Below are positions 11,329-25,283 of a DNA stretch of 64,000 bases, one piece after another. The notes under the pieces are model-generated. The model was not told the DNA's origin. It saw only the letters and a program-made list of their open reading frames with translations, and searched no databases. The stretch is from Gnetum montanum (taxonomy: Eukaryota; Plantae; Gnetophyta), in contig MNCI01003127.1 of assembly GCA_015680685.1 (NCBI GenBank), forward strand, positions 38,176-102,175. Direction: 5' to 3'. The stretch's first letter is position 1. Each line of letters starts with the position of its first letter. A program made the position numbers and the translations under genes.

Positions 11329-14300
11329 CTAGGCATAGTACAACTTTAGGTATGAATGGTTGGTCAAATTAGCAAACTCATTACTATCTAGATCAACAAG
11401 CTTGAATGCTCCATTGTCATAAGCCTTAGTGACTAAGAAAGGCCCTTCTTAGTTGGTTGAGAATTTTTTCGTGGATTCATGAATGACCTTATGGACTATG
11501 TCCCCTCTCTTGATCAGGCATTGATGCTGATTATGGCTGTGTTTTTACCATTACTTCTCTTAGTACCATTCAATGCAATCAAGTGTCTGCATGTGCTCCT
11601 CCTCTATAGAGTTAAGGTTAATGGTTCTCAACTCATCATTCTGAGCCTCATCAATAAATCTTGAGAGGATCACGTGGGGTGATGGAACCTACAATTTAAA
11701 AGGCAAAATTACTTCAGACCCATACACAAGGCTATATGGCATCTTACTTGTTGTTATTCTATGCATTGTGCAGTAAGGCCATAGTGCATAGACCAGCTGC
11801 TCATGCCACCATCATTTACTATTGCTAAGTATCTTTTTCAGAGGGCTAACGATGACCTTGTTTGTGGCCTTCACCTAGCCATTCACCTATAGGTAGTATG
11901 ATGATTAAAAAAATGCTTATGCTGAGGTATTTGCAAAAGGCTTTGGTCTCTACACTACTAAACTGTGGCTTGTTTTCCATGACAATGGTTATGGCTAGAT
12001 CAAATCAGGTTACTATATTGTTGAGTATGAATTTGCAAACCTGTTATGATGTTATCTTCCTAAGGGGGATAGCTTCAACCCATTTGGTAAAATATTTAGT
12101 TGTGATTATGATGAAGCTATGTCCTCTAGAGGACTTAGGCGTGATGGGCCCTATGATATCTAACCCCCAACATTGGAATAGCCACATGATTTACATGGTG
12201 TGGAATTTAGTGGGTGGCATGTGCATTAAGTTACCATGTCATTGATACACATCACACATCTTGACCTTGAAAATTCCATCACACTCCCATGTAAGGCCAA
12301 TAATAGCCTAAGTGTCTGATCTTTGATACCATTACCCTAGGTGCTATGTGGCCTCTATACAGTCCCTCATGGACTTGATCAATGATTGTTTTTACTTCAT
12401 CATCGCTAACTCAAGTTAACAGTATGCCATCATAGGATCTATGACAAAGCATGCTATCACCTACAATGATGTACTATCATGACCAATTCCACACTGCATC
12501 CTTTTGAGCAATGATCAGATGTTATAGAGGCTTACCTTATTGAAGGTGTGCCTTAATGTCATCTTACCATTCTTATGCATGTGTGGTGCTTTTTGTGGCT
12601 ATGGATGCAATGTCAATTACTTTCATGATAGGTTCAATGCAATCTATTATTGAGACAGGCAACGCATGAAACATGTTAGGTGCAATGCTTAAGGCTAATG
12701 TGGCTAATGCATTAGCAATGGTGTTCTCATTGCAAGTGATGTGCTAGATATCTATAGTTGCAAACCATAAGAGAAAATGCTTTACCAAGTCACAATAAGG
12801 TTGTAAGTGTTGTGCTTTACAAGCGTAAACCTCCATAACTTGGTTGATGACTAACTACAAATCACTTTGGATTGCTATGCTTCATATTCCTAGGTCGCGA
12901 GCTACTATAAGACCTCTAAGAAGACCTTTGTACTCCGCTACATTGTTAGTGCAAGGAAATGTAAGGTGATAAGCAAAGAGTTAGATTTCCATAGAGGGAA
13001 GCATGACTAGGATAGTGGCACTACCTCCTTGAGAGGTCGAAGCATCATCAAAGTGTAAAATTACCTCAAAGTTGGCAAGCACTTAGCTTATGATGCTAAC
13101 ATGCTCATCCAAAAATTCTGGATTTATCATTGCTTGATCATTTATCAACGAAGTTGTTAATTGTATGGCAATTGCTTGACCTTTTGTTAATGCTTGTGCT
13201 ATGTAATGCAAGTCAAAATCCGTGGTTATTACTTTCCACAGTGTAATTCAACTACTTTCATAGATGTTCGTTGTGAGTGTCTGAAGTACATTGCTTTTAC
13301 AAATGATGTTTACTTGGCTACAGAAGAGATAATTCCTCCACTTATTAAGCGCAAAGACTAAGGCAAGGTAATTCTTTTCCACATCATTGTATTTTTCTTC
13401 ATGAACCACTAATGCATGGCTTAGGTAGTATACAGGGACCTCTGAGCCATTGTCTCACTTTTGACAAAGTAGAGAAGCAATGGACATGTCGAAAGTTGCA
13501 AGGTAGATGTACAAAGATTTACCTTCTTGTGAAGGATAGATTGTTGGAAGCCGAGCCAAATCCTATTTGAGGTTGTCAAATGCCTCTTGGCATTGAGCTA
13601 TCCACTCAAAGTTAATCCCCTTTTGAGTAAATGTTGCATTAGCTGTAGCTTATCAATCAATTGTGTAATAAACTGACGTATGAATTACAATCTACCTTGT
13701 AACCCATGTAGCTCCTTAAGGTTAGTTGGCAATGCTAAGTTAATGATGTCCTTAACCTTATTAGGGTCTACACGTATGTCTACTTCTAATACCACAAAAC
13801 CTAACATGCAACCCATCTTAACACCAAAGACACACTTCTTAGGGTTCAACCTAAGGTCATGTCTAAGGAAACATTTGAATGTGTAGTCTAAGTCATTTGT
13901 GTGATCATGTGTCATCCTACACTTAACTGCTATGTCATCAATGTAGTCATTAAGCAAGTCTAACAAGTAGTCACTAAAGATGTATGGCATGATGCGTTGG
14001 TAGGTTGCTCTTACGTTCTTTAGTCCAAAAGGCATCATTGTATAGCAAAATGTACCCCAGAGGGTCATGAAGGTCGTACTGAGTTGGTACTCTAGATTGA
14101 TCCAAATCTGGTTGTAATCACAGGACCCATCCATGAAGGACAACAAGGCATGACCATCCATGGTATCAACCAATTGATCAATACTAGGCAACAGGAAGTT
14201 GTCTTTGATGGTCACCTTGTTCAAGTCCTAGAAGTCAATGAAAATGTGTATGCTTCTATTTTTCTTAGGTACAACCATGATGTTAGAAACCTAGTCTACA

Positions 14301-14818
14301 TAGTTAACAACCCAGATGAAACTAGCCTTATAAAGCTTGGTGATTTCATCATGAACTGCCAACACTACCTTAGGCCTAACCTTATGGGATTTCTATTTAA
14401 CTAGTTTTATGCGAGGATCAAGGATGATGTTATGTTGTACTATGCAAGGATCTAGGCTTGGCATGTCCTCGTAGGACCATGCAAATGCCTTAATGTTGTC
14501 ATTGAGAACTTTAATAATGCTTTGGTTGTGCTGAGGCTCTAACAAGGAACTAAGTTTTAGTGTCTTTGCCTTGCCACTAAGTTTTTCTATAGGGACTTCA
14601 ATGAGGGGATCCTCAATGATGTCACCTACCTCTAGAGTGAGAGCCCTAACTAGATGGTCAGGCCAATCTAGTAGTTTTTCTACTGACATTACATAGTAAT
14701 CATGGGCTATGGGCTCAAGGTCTAGGCATTGGACATTGATGCATTGGATGAGGTCACCATGAGGTCCTGTGAGGACCAAGGGTGAACAAAGATGCTCGTA
14801 TGTGCACATGTTATAATC
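11329..14818 (-). pseudogene. Element A pol: RT-RNase H-archaeal-type RH-integrase (many stops and frameshifts)
   Basis: FAWSYEDMP, MPFGLKN, YIDDI, CTNNVAEY (aRH), WGLDIIGPI, YLKLYYA*. Confidence 0.93.
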
Positions 14819-14989
14819 CTACGATATATCCTACAAAACAACTAGAAAGAACATCAAGCCACAATGTCTTAATAGAGTCAAAATGCATCACATGAGGAAA
14901 GCAATGTAATGAATAATTGCCCAAACATGTAAGAGTGGACATTAGAAAAGCAAACACACAAGCCGGTTTCGAGCCTCAACAGGCCATGG

Positions 14990-15150
14990 ATCGCCAATTT
15001 AAGGTCTTAGCATACCATCATATGCCAGTTTAAAGTCTTAGCAAACCATCATTTGCTAGTCTAATGTCTTAGCAAACCATCTTAGCAAATCAACATCTAC
15101 CAACTTAAGTTCTTAGCATACCATCATCTACCAGTTTAAGGTCTTAGCAT
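14990..15150. repeat. Tandem array CCAGTTTAAGGTCTTAGCA(T/A)ACCATC
   Basis: About 5 copies at ~30-32 bp spacing. Confidence 0.8.
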
Positions 15151-15568
15151 ACCATCATTCGTGCAAGGTGCATTGGTTCAAGCCAAGCAAAAAGTATCTA
15201 GGATGTGGAATTAGGCTAGGCATTCATTGGGCAACTAGAAAATTCTCAAAAAATTCTCTCAGTCTGGGAATTGTTAGAAAAAGTTCAAAAAAATTTCTAA
15301 CTACGACTACTATGCTCACCCCTTGCTACGCTCATCCCATTGCTACGCTCCTCAAGAAACTTAAGAAAATTTACTCAAGTGTGGAAGCATCGATGTGGTA
15401 GGTGGTGCATTTAATTACCCTAAGAGGGTATATATGCATGATTCACTGAGGGTAAATTGTCATTTTCCAAAGTGATAATGAGGAGTTACAGAGCGTAGTG
15501 CAATTTGAAGTAGGAGTGATAACCAAAGCATAGAAATTGAAGCATAGCAGCCAGAGTGTAGCACTAGG

Positions 15569-18500
15569 ATGATGTGCCGTAGTGACCATCAACACCCTAG
15601 ACTCGCTAATGTGGAAGAGGGGAGGCAAGCCCTTGAATGCTTACCATGGGTGTAGGTGGAGGAGAGTAGAGCATTGCTAATCACCAGGTATGCTTGGTAC
15701 ACTCACCCCTTTTCACACCATTTTTTCTCTTTTGCTTCTACTTGCTACCACACCTACATTAGGATTTTTAAATGTTGGGAGGTAGCTGCATTAGTAGGGA
15801 CCACCAGCACCTTGGTTGCCTTGGTGGTTGTGGCTAAAGGGAGATGGTGCACACATGGGTTATAGGTCTATGTTGATGTTTTATTTTAGTTGTGTTTGTG
15901 GTGAATGGGCCAAGGGACAATGCATAGGCTACAAGGGATTTAATGCATTTATTCCTGAGAGATGTAGCATGTAGGGTGAGGGAGAGGGAAAAAATGAGGG
16001 TTTTATTCTAGCACTGGATTGGGATTTTCCTTACTAGGAGCCATGCCATGTGGAAGATAGAGAATAGGGCAAAAATGAAATTTCTTCGTGACCGTGGCTA
16101 GGCCATGCATGGTCAGGGTTTGAGGGGCCATAGAACTCCCTTGTTCCTTTTTCCTATTTTTCTTTTTCTTTGCTTAGTTGGCACATGCATGAGCATGATG
16201 GCAGTGCAAGAGTGCATCATGGTTTTGTGCTTTGGCGACAGGGTTTGGCAAATGAAGGATTGGGGTAAGGATTAAGCCATTATGGTTAAGAATAGTCATG
16301 GCTAGGGGATAGGGTTCTTCTATCACTTATTTTGTGACATGGAGGCAATGTAGGGCAAGGGCAAACAAAGGGTTAGAAGTCACAGGAACACATGGGGAGA
16401 AGGCCACAAGGGCAAGAAAAGCGCCAACAGCATGGCCATAGGGGTGACAACCACGATGAGGGGGTGGGTGGGGCCAGAGAGATCATCAAGGCCATGGCCA
16501 TGACAAGCACCCTAGCACATGCCATCAACACGTGATGGAATTGGATAGCATAGTGAAAATCACATGATGCCCAAGATGATGGAGTGATATAGAGTGATAC
16601 AGTGATGGAGGATATGCTCCCTAGAGAGCGCAGCCAACACTTTGACAAAATTGGTCAATTTTTGAACACAGTAGGATGCTACACTCCCTATAGTTAGAAT
16701 TTTTTTTTGGTTACTTTTTTGCTCATTTTTTGGCTATGCTCCCTAGGGAGTGCAGCTGGTAGTTAGAAAATTTGGTGATTTTTTATGGCTATAAGTATAG
16801 CAAACAGTTAGAATTTTTTTCAGATCCCATGCTACGCTACCCAAAGTTAGAAAAATTTTGACAAAATTTAAAAAAATTACTGTGTAAAACTAGAATGCTA
16901 AATGTGAAAAATGCCAAGTGTAAGAATGCTAAGGGTAAGAATGCCTCATGTGAAACAAAATGCTAAATACACGAAAGCTTCACCAGAATGCAAATTTTGC
17001 AAGCTGAATGTATAGATGCTAGAACATGCAAACTGGGTTAATGCCAATTATTCAAATGTGAAGTAAAATGCTAATACTATGTTAATATTGTACCCCAATG
17101 GGCACTAGGCACACCAAATGTGTATTGATGTCCTATGTTTGTAGGGCCCTGTGGGGGACCCTAAGGATATATTTTTAAGTTTTTCCATTTTAAGCTAAAT
17201 TTGCTCATGTTTGCTAAGCATAAGTTAATATTTTATGTCAAAATGCAATCTATTGTGTGCTAATGCTACATTCTTTTACTACCTTGCAGTTGCAAGGTGC
17301 TACTGAAGCCTGTCTTAGTTTTCGTAAAGCTCATTAGTATTCTATCTAGCATCAGCGAGCCCGTGCCCAACACACTTGCACCTAACATGAAATTAGGCCA
17401 TAAGACTGTGTGATTTTGGCTAAGGGAATCTAAATTCCTAGCTTAGCTACTACAATTCTTTAGTGTGATCATGTGATCACACTTGGCAGTGAAGGCTACA
17501 AATGCCATCATTGAGATGCTATTAGCCAAGGCAAACTGGGACATACTGAGATTCATGTCCAATGAGCCCATGACTAGTGGTGATTGAGTAGGTGCCTTGA
17601 GACTAGCTCCTAAGAGCATTCATCCCTTGGCTAGGATCTAGACCATGCGAAAGTTCTCTTATTATAACAAGAGCAACACCCTTTTCATTACCATGCGCAT
17701 GCATACAGTCTTCCAAAACCCACCTAGGACTGTATATTATGTTGAAGGGTAAGTGCTCTTGCTTTTCATTATGTCTCATTGTTATTGGCCATTTTAGATT
17801 TACTAATTGCTAACTATAGATGTCTAATGCCAGATTTAAAGTTGATGATGAGGGACTCCATGATGAGACAAGAGCTCTCACTTTGACCTATACTATGCTA
17901 GAGGTATTTTCCTCTAGTCCGAGCTTTCAAGAGGCTATTGTTGAACATGTGGGGCAAGAATGGAGAACTACCCCACTGAGTACATGAAGGCATTTGAGTA
18001 GTGTCAGACCTATGATTAGCTTGATGAGGGATGGGCTAGTACTAAGCCTATCTTCGAAGAGCCTATTGTGCCACCACCTACATTATGTACACCATTTTCT
18101 CCACATGGGTATTCATTATGTTAGCTTGACTTGTATTTCTTATTCTCATGCACCTATTAATTACATGATGCTAACATTGCATTTTCCTATGTTACAACTA
18201 CTGTTGCTTCAGGAGAGGTAACAGTGGTCACCACTAGCTATAGGGAGGCCACCCTCATTATGAAGTATGGTAATGTAGAGGCAGTACAGGAGTGGCTATG
18301 CCATCAATCCTTAGAGGCTTTGACTGGTCAGCTTATACATGCTAGGTTAATGGACCTTTTCTTGGCCCTTAGCCCAAGCACACTAGTGGCTGAGATGGTG
18401 ACCATCGTTGACTCCTTCAACTATGATGCTAGCAACTTTGTCACTCACATGCATATAGTGAGGATAGTCTTGGACCTTAGCAATGCTTTTTTCACTTACT

Positions 18501-21003
18501 TCTTTGGCCTTCCCTCTAAGGGCATGTCAATCATTGATAAGCCCAACCGAGGGGTGGACCAAAGAGAAGAGATTGAAGAGTGGCTAGGGATCACTCACTC
18601 TCGTAAAGGCATCATGGTTGAGAACGTGCCTATGCTTGAGGGCCAAAGGCTTTACCCTCTTTTTCATGCCTATGCCTTTCCTACGTTGCTCTTCCAAGGA
18701 AAAGTCCTTGGGGATAGAGTAGGCGCAGCTGATGTAGGAGGTCATAGAGAAGGGTACTAGGTTTAACTAGGCCTCCTTTATCATTGTTAGGCTATAAGCA
18801 AAGATTACTAGGCTTCACCACAACATCCATGTGAGGTCTCACTTTCACTTTGCATTCTTTGCAACCTATCTCTGAAGGCTTGTGGAGTTCCTAATGATCA
18901 AGGATAGAAAGTGTTGGGTTGTGCAAGATCGCAAGTAGCTATCCAATCCATGGATTAAGCACTTGTTCACCACCACTCATGCATAGGACTCTCCAAAAGG
19001 AATTGAGGAGTCATATTCAATTACAACAAAGGCACATCTTGGGAGGTCACAGTCACCTTATTCCCATGACAACATAGGTGAGTGTCCACCAACTATTGTT
19101 GGGGATGTGTACAAGGTTGAGTGATACATTGCAGAGATGGTGGGTTCCTCTAAGGGAAAAATCAAGATTCCATGCCCAACAAAGGAGACTCCCCCTATAG
19201 TTGGATAAGCAAGCATCAAAAAATTCCAACTTAAGATACCCACACTCCGTTCGGTGGTTGTAGCTTAGTGTACATCATAGATGCATTCAGCTTATTTTTT
19301 TTGTTATATTATGCTAATACTACTACACTATGTTTGTAAGTCAGGCAAGAAGGCTACTAAGGAAGTAGTGGCAGTGATAGTAGGGGCAACAGACATAATC
19401 CCTCCTCACGATCAAGAGAAGGTAGCTCGTAGGGAGTAACCACCATAGGCCCTAGAGATCTCCCAATAGTTTGATGTGGAGGGGTTGTTCCACCCTGAGG
19501 GTGACTTCACCAACCTCTTCAATGGTTTGTAGCTACGAAAGCCACCCATGCTGACATCTAAGGGCTTGGTCAATGAGAACTTTGTGTTACCATCTACTCT
19601 TGCCCTTTACTCTTAAGCCTTTAACTGCTTATTTATCGATATGTGTCGCGTTGTGTTGTATTGCGATCTTAGACCTTCCTACCAGTGATCCACCGCTATT
19701 GCCTACCCATCGCATGAAGCCATGGGTAGAGACACTAGATAAATTTTCCTTCATGAAAGGCATTGTGGAGAACATGATGGGCTATGTACAGCAGGAAAAT
19801 CCTAAACTTAGTATGTATGTCATTTTTCTTGAACTATTTTATGGATTCCATGCTTAGTCTATTGCTAATATTTGTTTGTTCATTATATGCTAACATGCTG
19901 TAAGCTTCATTGGGATCCAAACCAGGTAGGTCATGTGGATGTCATGCTTGAGTATTCCCCTGAGGTGGAGTAGGTGCCTCATCATGTGTATGAGGCAGTG
20001 AGCAAGTGCATGCTTTCCAGTGTGAAGGTGTTGTGGACCTGTAGGTGCTTGAATGAGCACCTATGAAATGTGTGCATGAGCTCTACGAGACAATGGTGAG
20101 CCTGACCACCAAGAATGAGGAGCTCCAGTCCTGTTATGATTTCTTGTCAGCTCAGACATGGAGGGATAGTACTTGGGAAACACCAGAGACAAATTACGTT
20201 AGATACTGGTCAACGATCCAAGGTAAGAATGAGGATTCTTGGGAGATTGTCAAGTAGAGGTTGTAAACAGATCTGCTCTCCCAGAAAAATTAGGAGTGGA
20301 AGAGCTTTAGCACCAAGGTATGCAAGTGGGGGCATACTCAAAAGGACCACAAGTGCTACTACAAGCATGAGTGGGATTCCTAGGAGTGGAAGAGCTTTAG
20401 TACTAAGGTGTGTAAGTGGGGCCATATGCAAAAGGACCACAAGTGCTACTACAAGTGTGAGTGGGATGCCTATTTACAACAGCTTAAGGATGAGTCCATG
20501 AAGGCCCATCACCTTGAGATATTTGTTAAGGTGATTGGTTGGAGTTGGTCCTTCAAGCTGTTTGCTCAGCATATGGTGGTTAGTGGTTTCCCAAAGTGAG
20601 AGATTACCCTACCCTCATGGGGAACTTCTACGACCACTTTTTCCATGTAGCCTCCTGCATGAACCACCATGGACAAGGATAAAATCCTTATGGATGTTAA
20701 ATTTGGCCACGAGGATTGGACATGGTTATCAAAGGTTAAGATCCTTTGACACTTGAAGGAGGGCCTTGATAGATTACCTCCAAAGTCCGATGAAGGACCC
20801 TCTTGGGTTAGTTTTTCTTTTTCTTTTCATGCTCTTTATGTGTTAGTTTTACATGTTAATTTTGTATTGCAGTTTTGCACTTACTAATTAATTTGTTGTT
20901 TTGCATTAATTTTGAGCAGGCACCAAGTGATATCGTAGGCCCCAATGAAGTAGAAGAGGAGGAGAAGGAACAGCCTCAACTCCTGGCAAACACCACTAAT
21001 TGA
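15569..21003 (+). pseudogene. Antisense multi-exon accessory gene of element A, containing a PMD/plant-transposon-like domain
   Basis: TATA at ~15429; GT-AG introns (donor 15688; intron 17749-17833); exons align at protein level with 30869-34796; ORF 18224-18760 IVDSFNYDASNF...FFGLPSKG followed by FN(W)ASFI..RL. Confidence 0.75.
20291..20470 (+). repeat. 90-bp in-frame tandem duplication inside the antisense gene
   Basis: TAGGAGTGGAAGAGCTTTAG... starts at 20291 and 20381. Confidence 0.9.
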
Positions 21004-21224
21004 GCAGACCTGATGTAACCCTACTATTGGTCAATTTTGCACCTTGGCCATTTTTGTTGCATGGTCATGCTATGTACTCCTACTAGTAGAAATATAATGA
21101 AACTTATACTTTTTGCGATAAGGAATGATGTGAAATTTCATGTTTATTTTGCTGATTGTTTAATGTAGATAATGTAGATTGTTTGATGCAGATAATGCAA
21201 CTAGTTAATTCCATTAGGCCCCTT

Positions 21225-21655
21225 GTCGGCCCCATGCTAGTTTAAGGCCATGGTGGGAGGCCCATTGCTAGTTTTAGGTCATTTCAGGCCATGATGATTG
21301 CTAGTTTAAGGTCATTTTATGACACAAATAAAAGGGAAAGTGTCACTAGTTTTAGGTAGTGGCTAGCCTCGAGATGCTAGTTTAAGGCCATGAAATGTTG
21401 TGTGCTAGTTTATGGCCTTTTGAGCCATAATAATGCAAGAAAGGTTGCCAATTTAACGTCATGGAAGGCCATGCAGTGGAAGGAAAATGTTGCTAGTTTT
21501 AGGCCATAGCAGGCCATTCGCTAGTTTGAGGCCTTTTCAAGTTGTTACGATGAAAAGGTTTCCAGTTTAGGCTATGGCAGGTCATGTGCTAGTTTACGGC
21601 CTTTTTAGGCCATGGCGTTACAAGGAAGGTGGCTAGTTTTAGGCCATGGTAGGCC
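21225..21655. repeat. Tandem array GCTAGTTTAAGGCCAT
   Basis: More than 10 spaced copies. Confidence 0.8.
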
Positions 21656-21889
21656 ATATATATTTTTGCAATTTTGAATTTTATGATTTCTTGTGTATTT
21701 TAATGTTCTTCTAATGCATAAAAAAACTAAATGAAAATGCATAAGCAGAAGAAATAAACATGTAACAAGGCGAATAATGTAAAACACAAGCAACCGTGTA
21801 GAATGTAGTTATGCAAGAAAAAGGCTAATAGGGCATGCAAAAATTAAGGGTAAGTAGGCAACTAGCACATGCTGAACTAAGGGAGTACC

Positions 21890-23402
21890 TTAGTCATGTA
21901 GTTGCTTCCTAACTTGATGTGGGTAAGGGGGTGCATAAGGCCTAGGTAGCACGAGGCAGTATTCCCCTATACCCTTATTGATGATGCTAAAGGGTAGTTC
22001 TACCCATAGAGCTTTCTTGAGGAGGGTATAAGCCGTTTTTGGCTCTTTGGATGGATCTACCAAACAAGGTTGACCCTTGTCCTACATGGGTAGCTTGTCA
22101 TCAGGAAACTCCACCTCCAACCCTTAGTCTCTGTCAACGTTGTTAATGGTTGGAGGGACTAAGTTATCACCATGTATGGTTACTTCTCCACCTTCATATA
22201 GAAGGTGGATCTCTTGGTGAATGGGTGAGGAGACAGCCTATAACTAGGCTAGCCAAGGCCTTCCCAAAATCAGGTTGAACCCAAGCATCTCCTCGATGAT
22301 AATGAATTCAACCATAGTGGGGAATTACTCCCTTACCATGGAGGCTATTGTGATCGTTCCCTTCACAACAACATGTGACCCATTAAAGGACTTGAGGCAC
22401 ATTATCTTTGTGGCCTAGATTTAGTTGGCAAGATTGAGCTTGTTAACTACTAGGAATGGGATGACATTAGTTGTCGCACCATCATCAATGTGCATCCTAC
22501 AAATCTTGCATTTCCCTACACGAATGGTTATAAACACCGACGTAGTCATGACCTAACCCTTTTTAGGATCAACCTTGATTACCTAATCATGAAACGTTAG
22601 AGGTGTTGAACCTAATTCTTGAGGCGAAGGAGGAAGCATCATAGTGTGGATGGCTTGTTCATTCACTAGGATGCCCTCTTTGATAGGAATGGAGGCCAAC
22701 ATACAAACTAGTGCTTCACGGTGAGTAGAGGAGGTCATCACCAAGTCGTACAGGCTTAAGGTTGTATTTTTTTTCTTAAGAGCCTACTTGACTTATGCCA
22801 ATGCATCTAGAAAGTCCTTACCAATATCAATTACCTTGTTAGCCTTCATCTCCTTCATGTGATCCAAGAGGTGAATCTCTTGGGGAGGAGATTTGGGCTT
22901 GTTTTATTTACCTTGCCTATGAGCCTTAGTGTTAGGTTGTTGATTGCTTATAATAGCAACTTTGACTGATGTGGTCATAGGAACAATAGACAAGGGAACG
23001 AGCTTAGTCAGACCTAACACCATATGTTCCCTCATCATTCAATCAGTGAGGCACTCATTTGGCCTCCTGAGCTACCACCTTAACTGCCTAGTGTTGTATG
23101 CGGGATGAGGCCTCAAGCAAGTAGGGCCTATTGCAGTCCCCACCACTAGACTTAATGAAGGATCTGCATGTTGTGCCATCCTAATGACAAAGGGTGTCTA
23201 TGTTACAGTTGTCACAACGTGTTACGGGGCCCTAACCACAAAGGTTTCATGGGCACCCAACATGGTGCTTTAATGACAAAAGGGGCCCTTGGACTGGTTG
23301 ACATTGAGGAGGCCCCAATGCTATCAAAGGGCACATGAACCGCAAGTGGATCTTATGCCAATCCTACGTCGTTGTCAATGCTGATGGCATTGATGACATA
23401 GC
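21890..23402 (-). pseudogene. Element A gag C-terminus and protease
   Basis: MHIDDGATTNVI protease motif, FNLILGRPW, ends GIGEY...RKQLHD*. Confidence 0.85.
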
Positions 23403-25283
23403 TATGACATCTAAAAACGTCAATGGCTGGAACACCAAGAGGTCGATGAGCATATAGCCTAACCCTGAATCCATGAAAGGGCCATGCTAGGAAATGAAAA
23501 GAAGGTGTCTTGAATAGTCTGGTTGATTAGACAAGGACTTACGTGATGTTAAAATGACCATTCATAAGAGGGGTTTGCAGAGCATTACGTGTAGACACTG
23601 AGATAGTAACCATGAGTGTAGTAGAGAGTTCCAACCTAAAAATAGTGACGTGAGTGTGAAAATATGTATTGAACAGTGGAAAAATGCAAGAGTTATGCTT
23701 AATATCAAAGAAAAATGCTTAGAAAAAAATGAAACAAAGCTTGAGAACAAAGAAATGCACCACCCCAAAACTAGGGAACATAACTTTTGCTAAACAGGAG
23801 GTGAGAATGGTACACTGCATCAACCAGGCACAATGGTAGCGTAGCAATGTATTCATAGTCTCTGAGACATCTAGGATGTGATGCTAGTGACTACAACGAA
23901 GGTTGAACCTACTAGGTTGGCTATTATTGTATTCTACAAGTGCAATAGTGGACTATGTTCTAGGAGACGTCAAGGTATGAAGCTCAAGTGCTTAGGTGCA
24001 ACAATGTCGATGATGTTGAGATAGCTAAAATGCCGAATGCTCTTTTAATTTGCCAACCCCTAGAGTGCTGAATATCAAGGTATTTATAGGGCTAGGTTTA
24101 GTGTAAAACATGGATCAAGCACCATGTGGCATGGGCGCCATGTGGCATGAGCATAGACAGGGTTACATTGATATGTTACGCTCTCATGAGAGTAGCAAAA
24201 GTGTTACACTTTGAAGGATAGCAACGAGTACCCAAAGAATGTTGAACTGCAATCACACTGCTCAATATGCATGTGCCAGAGTTTAAGAGACTGCAATGTA
24301 CTTACCAACAATGCAAAAATAGTACATGCTCCAAGACTACATCTTCCCCCTCTTTTGAGTAGGATCAAGCATAGGGAAAATTTTGGGGACCAATGGGGGT
24401 GCAAAAGAAATGCAAACTTCTAATCTTGCTTGCTAACAGGATGTCAAAGCTGAGATGAGGGCCAATGCCAAGTTCTAGAGGCTGTCAAATGCTTTTCTCG
24501 AGTGTTAAGCTAGCTACGCTCTAGAGCGTGGCCTCAAAAATCAAAATTTTGATTTTTCACACTAGTTACAGTGGGTACACTGGGAAGCATAGCAGAGCAT
24601 TATAGGGATACTTAGCCAAATTTTGATGAAATCTGTAGTCTTCCTTCATGGCACACCGGCTATGCTCTAGGGCATAGCAAGAGAGGCTACCGTAGATGTT
24701 AGGAAATGTGCCAAATGTATCTTCGATGTCAAGCTAGCTTGATAAATCCTTCTCCAACAGTTAGGCAAAACTAAGCACTTGAACCTATGTCATGCTTGCT
24801 ACACTATGGAGTGTAGCAAAGCATGATAGCCGAAAAGATAGAAAATTTGTTGAACTATTTTTGTCATCTTGAGCAATTTTGACAACCTTTAGCCTAGTAC
24901 TTGGGTGAACTGGCTACTAGGACATGTGTCAAGCTGGGTATGTTGGGGAGCATAGCAAGTGTGGTAGCCTAGGAGATAGAAAATTTTCTGAACTTTTTCA
25001 TCTAACCCAAGCAACCCTTAACCACTTCTAGCTTGACAATTGGGCAAACTGGCCATGGAAGTGTGTGCTATGCTAGCTATACTAGGGAGTGTAGTAGAAC
25101 ACTTAGAAAAATTTTCATGAGACTACTGCTAACACTTAGAAAATTTTGTAAAATAGGCCTCAATGTGTGCTACACTAGCTATATTGGAGAGTGTAACACT
25201 AGACTTAGAAAAACTTTGCCAAGTTTTCACACTTAGAAAAATTTTTCATCGAACTGCAGAAACCTAAAATTGGTGATGTTTCA
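23403..25283 (-). repeat. Element B 3' LTR
   Basis: Starts TATGAC (likely from TGTGAC), ends GATGTTTCA; PPT at 25284-25297. Confidence 0.85.
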
